Positions 60,056 to 64,000 of a stretch of 64,000 nucleotides of DNA are shown one piece after another. Under the pieces are notes generated by a model, which was not told where the DNA came from, made no database searches, and worked only from the letters and a program-made list of their open reading frames with translations. Position numbers and translations under genes: made by a program. This DNA comes from an uncultured archaeon (GTDB lineage Archaea; Thermoproteota; Nitrososphaeria; Nitrososphaerales; Gagatemarchaeaceae), in assembly GCA_963799775.1 (NCBI GenBank), contig CAWCYD010000003.1, forward strand, positions 704,001 through 768,000. Reading direction: 5' to 3'. Within the stretch, counting starts at the first letter, position 1; each line of letters starts with the position of its first letter.

Positions 60056-61854
60056 GCTGGCCTCACTTGGGGACCGAGGAGCCGACTGTCTCTGGCGCGG
60101 GGCCTCGAGCGGGAGGGCTCTTCACCCGGTTCAAATGGAGGCTCTCGGGCGGCGTTCCGATAAGGGTCGAGTCCGTCTCCGTGGTCGAGGGACGATATCT
60201 CGCGATCACGAGATCCAGCAACATCAGGCTCTTCTCACTCCTCCGTGTGAACCTCTCCGACACGAGCGAGGAACCGAAGCTCGACTACTCGGCGGCGGTG
60301 AGGATAACCCTTCAGCACCAGAGGATGAAAGGGCTCCTGGACGGGCTCCACAGGGCCAGGATACCGTTCCTGTACACGATGATGGTGAAGCCCTCGAACA
60401 GCGCGGATGAGGAGGAGGACCAGGTGTTCGAGTTCGACCTCGTGGTGGGCACGTGGGTGGACGCGCGCGGAAAGGAGCTCCAAGAGGCAAGGAGCGAGTG
60501 CGAGCAGAACGCATCCACGCTCGCCGCGACCCTGGCAGTCGGCCTCCCGAACTCTACCGTCAGGCGCCTGACGAGGAACGATCTGGTGAGCTTCGCCGAG
60601 GCGCTCCTGCTCCCCGCGGCCCCGAAGCTCCGGCAGGTGGCGGACTCCTCGACGCTCAGCGCGCTCGAGCCGTTCGACTCTCACGGCCCCAGCGTCGACT
60701 CGGCGAGCACGGCGCCAGACTTCTACGTCCCCAACTCGAAGGAGTCGGGGACCGAGAGAGGAGACGGGATAGTCCTCGGAAGGGTGAAGACACGTTCGGG
60801 CAGCACCCATGAGTTCCGGCTGCAGCTAGACGACCTGAGGAGGCACGTCACCCTCATGGGCATGACGGGCTCGGGCAAGTCGACCACCGCCGCCGTCATC
60901 GTGCGCCAGGTCGCTGCGATGGGCCTCCCTGTGATGATCCTCGACTGGCACAACGAGCACGCCGACCTCGTGAAGTCGGTGGGAGGACAGGTGCTCTCCC
61001 CGGGGAAGGACGATTTTGCGATCAATCCCATGGACATGGGGCCGGCGACGGAGCCGTCGGAGCACGTCGAGATGGTGACCGACATCTTCTCGGACACGTA
61101 CCATTTCACCCACCCCCAGGCCTACATGTTCCGGAACGCGCTCCAGAGGTGCCTGGGAGAGGCCGCGGACAGGGAGGTCCCGACCCTGGCCTCGCTCGTG
61201 GGCACGATCGAGAGCTATCCGCTCCGGTCCGCCTACGACAACGAGACCAAGGTCGCGCTCCTCAGGCGGCTCGTCCCCCTGACGCAGGGTCACGTCGGTC
61301 GCGCGTTCAACTCCCCTTCGAGCCACACGGTGGACGAGCTGCTCGACAAGGTCCTCTGCGTCGAGCTGGGGAACATCAGGGAGACCCTCTCGAGGGGTAT
61401 CTTCGCCGACGTCCTGATGAAGCTCGTCTATGAGATGAGGGTCGCCAGGAAGGTAAGGATGGAGCACGTCATGATGATCGAGGAGGCGCGCAACATCGCG
61501 CCGGCCCGCAGGGTGGAAGACCCTCCCAGCGTCGGCGAGAGGATGATATCGGAGCTGAGAAAGTTCGGGGAGTCGATGCTCTTCGTCGCGCAGTTCCCCA
61601 CCCAGGTCGCGGCGGAGGTGGTCAAGAACTCTGGGGTGCGCATTATCCACAGGGTCGCCTGGGCGGAGGACCTCAGGCTGGTCCGCGACTCGCTGAACCT
61701 GACGAACGAGCAGGTCGCCTACGTCTCGGGGCTCGGTGTGGGCGAGGCGGTCGTGAGCCTGACCAGGATACAAAAGCCGCTGCTCGTTCAGGTCGAGGCA
61801 GGAGGCTCGTTGGTCCAGGCGAGGAGGGACCTCAGTTTGGTCGGAGAACCATAG
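60052..61854 (+). CDS. VirB4/HerA-FtsK superfamily ATPase (DUF87-like)
   Basis: RHVTLMGMTGSGKST, ILDWHNE, INP, MMIEEAR, ELRKFG..FVAQ, GVGEAVV; ~240-aa N-terminal extension. Confidence 0.87.
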   Translation: MSWPHLGTEEPTVSGAGPRAGGLFTRFKWRLSGGVPIRVESVSVVEGRYLAITRSSNIRLFSLLRVNLSDTSEEPKLDYSAAVRITLQHQRMKGLLDGLHRARIPFLYTMMVKPSNSADEEEDQVFEFDLVVGTWVDARGKELQEARSECEQNASTLAATLAVGLPNSTVRRLTRNDLVSFAEALLLPAAPKLRQVADSSTLSALEPFDSHGPSVDSASTAPDFYVPNSKESGTERGDGIVLGRVKTRSGSTHEFRLQLDDLRRHVTLMGMTGSGKSTTAAVIVRQVAAMGLPVMILDWHNEHADLVKSVGGQVLSPGKDDFAINPMDMGPATEPSEHVEMVTDIFSDTYHFTHPQAYMFRNALQRCLGEAADREVPTLASLVGTIESYPLRSAYDNETKVALLRRLVPLTQGHVGRAFNSPSSHTVDELLDKVLCVELGNIRETLSRGIFADVLMKLVYEMRVARKVRMEHVMMIEEARNIAPARRVEDPPSVGERMISELRKFGESMLFVAQFPTQVAAEVVKNSGVRIIHRVAWAEDLRLVRDSLNLTNEQVAYVSGLGVGEAVVSLTRIQKPLLVQVEAGGSLVQARRDLSLVGEP

Positions 61855-62360
61855 TCCAGGGTCCAATCGATCCAGGCCGCTCGCGGCGTCTTCCGCCCGT
61901 CACTCCGCCCCGCGTCAGATGCGATCGCCTTTGCGACGCTCCTCGGCGTGGAAGAGGTGGTGTCGTACTCCCTCACGATGTCAGGGCCGAACCGCTTCAC
62001 GCACTCCGAAAGGACAACGCCGATCAGCTCGGCCTCGACGTTCTCCCGCACCTTGGACCTCGGGTAGCCTCTCGCCTCCAGCCTCCCGCGGAGGACCATC
62101 GGGTCGCACCTCAGCACGGCGACGAAGGAGGCCTCGCGTCTGGTGAGCACGTGTGGGAGCAGATGCCCGAAGAGCACCGCCCTCCCGGGAAACGCAGCGA
62201 GGAGCTTCCTCCGCAGCGCTCCCGTGTCCACCTCGTCGCCGCGTCGTGGCGCGAGCGAGTTCAGGGAAAGTTGCGGGAGCCCCATGATCGACGCGACGAG
62301 CGGTGCGACGGTCTTCTTTCCTGTCCCAGGCGTCCCGCTGACCCCTACTATGCCACGCAC
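61788..62360 (-). CDS. Archaeal adenylate kinase (AK6/Fap7 type)
   Basis: GTPGTGKK, FGHL, LRCDP..L..RL..RGY...KV.EN.EAE. Confidence 0.85.
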   Translation of the reverse strand: MRGIVGVSGTPGTGKKTVAPLVASIMGLPQLSLNSLAPRRGDEVDTGALRRKLLAAFPGRAVLFGHLLPHVLTRREASFVAVLRCDPMVLRGRLEARGYPRSKVRENVEAELIGVVLSECVKRFGPDIVREYDTTSSTPRSVAKAIASDAGRSDGRKTPRAAWIDWTLDYGSPTKLRSLLAWTNEPPAST

Positions 62361-62404
62361 ACCCGGTCGGCGGCGCTTCTAGGTAAAAAGCGAGTCGAGG
62401 CCGC

Positions 62405-62953
<549 letters not shown>

Positions 62954-62992
62954 GTCAGCAGAAAATGGAGGGAGGAGCCCTATAATCCTTCT

Positions 62993-63961
62993 TCAAGATT
63001 GAGGCCGGCACGCGCCGCCGCCCGCGACCCTGAGGCTCTTCCCGTTCAGGTCGACCACCCCTACCCTCATCCCGTCCCAGACGGGCGCACCAGACGGGAG
63101 CGCGGCGGAGAAGGTCGTGCCAGCCTCCGCCTTTAGCTTGCAGGTGAGCATCTCTCCCGGGAGCTGCAGGTGCATGTCCCTGCCGTCGATGGCCTGCTTG
63201 TAGAACCTGCTCTGCTGGAGCTCGAAGGTCACCTTGTCCCGCACCTGGAAGCTCCCGTCGTCCATCCAGGAGACCTTGTCGAGGTCCTTCAGCTCCACGC
63301 CCTTGAGTGAGAGGCCCACGCGGAGGCCCCGGCCGACGGTGTCCTGGTCTTCGTCGCTTACCTGGATGCCCCTCACCTCCGCCCGCTTCCCATCGGCGCT
63401 CGGGACGAGCCTGAGCTGGTCATGGACGCTCACGTTGCCGCCCAGGACGAAGCCAAGGACGACCACGCCGACGCCCTTGACGCTGAAGGCCCTGTCGATG
63501 TAGATGAGCGTCCCGGTGGGAGGGACGTTGGGGCCTGTCTTGATTAGCGAGAGGTCGATCACTGAGGACTGGGAGCTGCGCGCACTCGCCTTGAAGCCCT
63601 CAAGCCGCGTCCCCTTGAAGTATGACCCTATCCCCGTAGGTGGCTCCTCGTCGACTGCGAAGATCTCGCCCTCGAGGCCGAGCGAGTCGATTATCACAGC
63701 TAGCTCGCCGTCGGGCGGGGAGATCTTCCCGAACTTCGGCAGCACGTAGAAGGCGCGGTCCGAGATCGAGGCGATCCTCGAGTATCCCTGCACCTTGTCC
63801 GGAAACTGCGAGTCGTCGAGGAAAGAGTAGTTCACGCCCGCCTCCACCCTGCGGTGGACGACGACCGCGCCCTCGGCCTCGCTCTTCTTCGTTATCGGGC
63901 CGAGGAGTGCGCCCTTCGCGCCGGCGTCGGTGCCGAAGACTCCGACTATCTTCCCTTCCAA
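62993..63961 (-). CDS. SelB-like protein with degenerate GTPase domain and EF-Tu domain II
   Basis: IDRAFSVKGVGVVVLG, VRGIQ, RVGLSLKG; no intact P-loop or NKxD. Confidence 0.75.
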   Translation of the reverse strand: MEGKIVGVFGTDAGAKGALLGPITKKSEAEGAVVVHRRVEAGVNYSFLDDSQFPDKVQGYSRIASISDRAFYVLPKFGKISPPDGELAVIIDSLGLEGEIFAVDEEPPTGIGSYFKGTRLEGFKASARSSQSSVIDLSLIKTGPNVPPTGTLIYIDRAFSVKGVGVVVLGFVLGGNVSVHDQLRLVPSADGKRAEVRGIQVSDEDQDTVGRGLRVGLSLKGVELKDLDKVSWMDDGSFQVRDKVTFELQQSRFYKQAIDGRDMHLQLPGEMLTCKLKAEAGTTFSAALPSGAPVWDGMRVGVVDLNGKSLRVAGGGACRPQS

Positions 63962-64000
63962 GTCCTTGTCCTCGCGCTGATCGGAATGGTGCCCCGGCCG

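Noticed and set aside
62993-63961. Evidence for selenocysteine decoding
   Set aside because: The protein lacks an intact G domain and SECIS-binding extension, and I saw no tRNA-Sec or in-frame UGA selenoprotein in the window.

Overview
High-GC archaeal chromosome segment, most consistent with a non-ammonia-oxidising Nitrososphaerota (Thaumarchaeota) lineage. This placement is inferred from the CdvB/CdvB1/Vps4 ESCRT genes, NusA paralogue, rpl40e, deoxyhypusine synthase, intron-containing tRNAs, a PEF-type sorting signal and a cupredoxin-linked A1 oxidase. Many essential genes carry single-base frameshifts, best explained as long-read assembly indels. Housekeeping content: acs, an ABC exporter, a folate-dependent purine cluster (purB, M, C, E, 5-FCL, folD, N, F, L, Q, S, H), argF, sucCD, aspS, ileS, cysS, a cox operon, hppA, dys, msrA, tRNA-Val(CAC) with a 44/45 intron and tRNA-Cys(GCA) with an anticodon-loop intron. 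Selfish elements: a tnpB-only IS200/IS605 element and a free-standing LAGLIDADG endonuclease. Best candidates for undescribed biology: (1) a Tad/type IV pilus locus whose Flp-like pilin is translationally coupled to a VirB4/HerA-like ATPase, next to a TFB paralogue (possible DNA-transfer machine); (2) a Soj-like ParA coupled to a disordered partner with a ParB-like N-terminal peptide and a MinD-type membrane-targeting tail; (3) a TnpB whose predicted guide seed matches a TTAA-flanked site upstream of its own promoter; (4) candidate regulatory DNA around the ESCRT cell-division genes.
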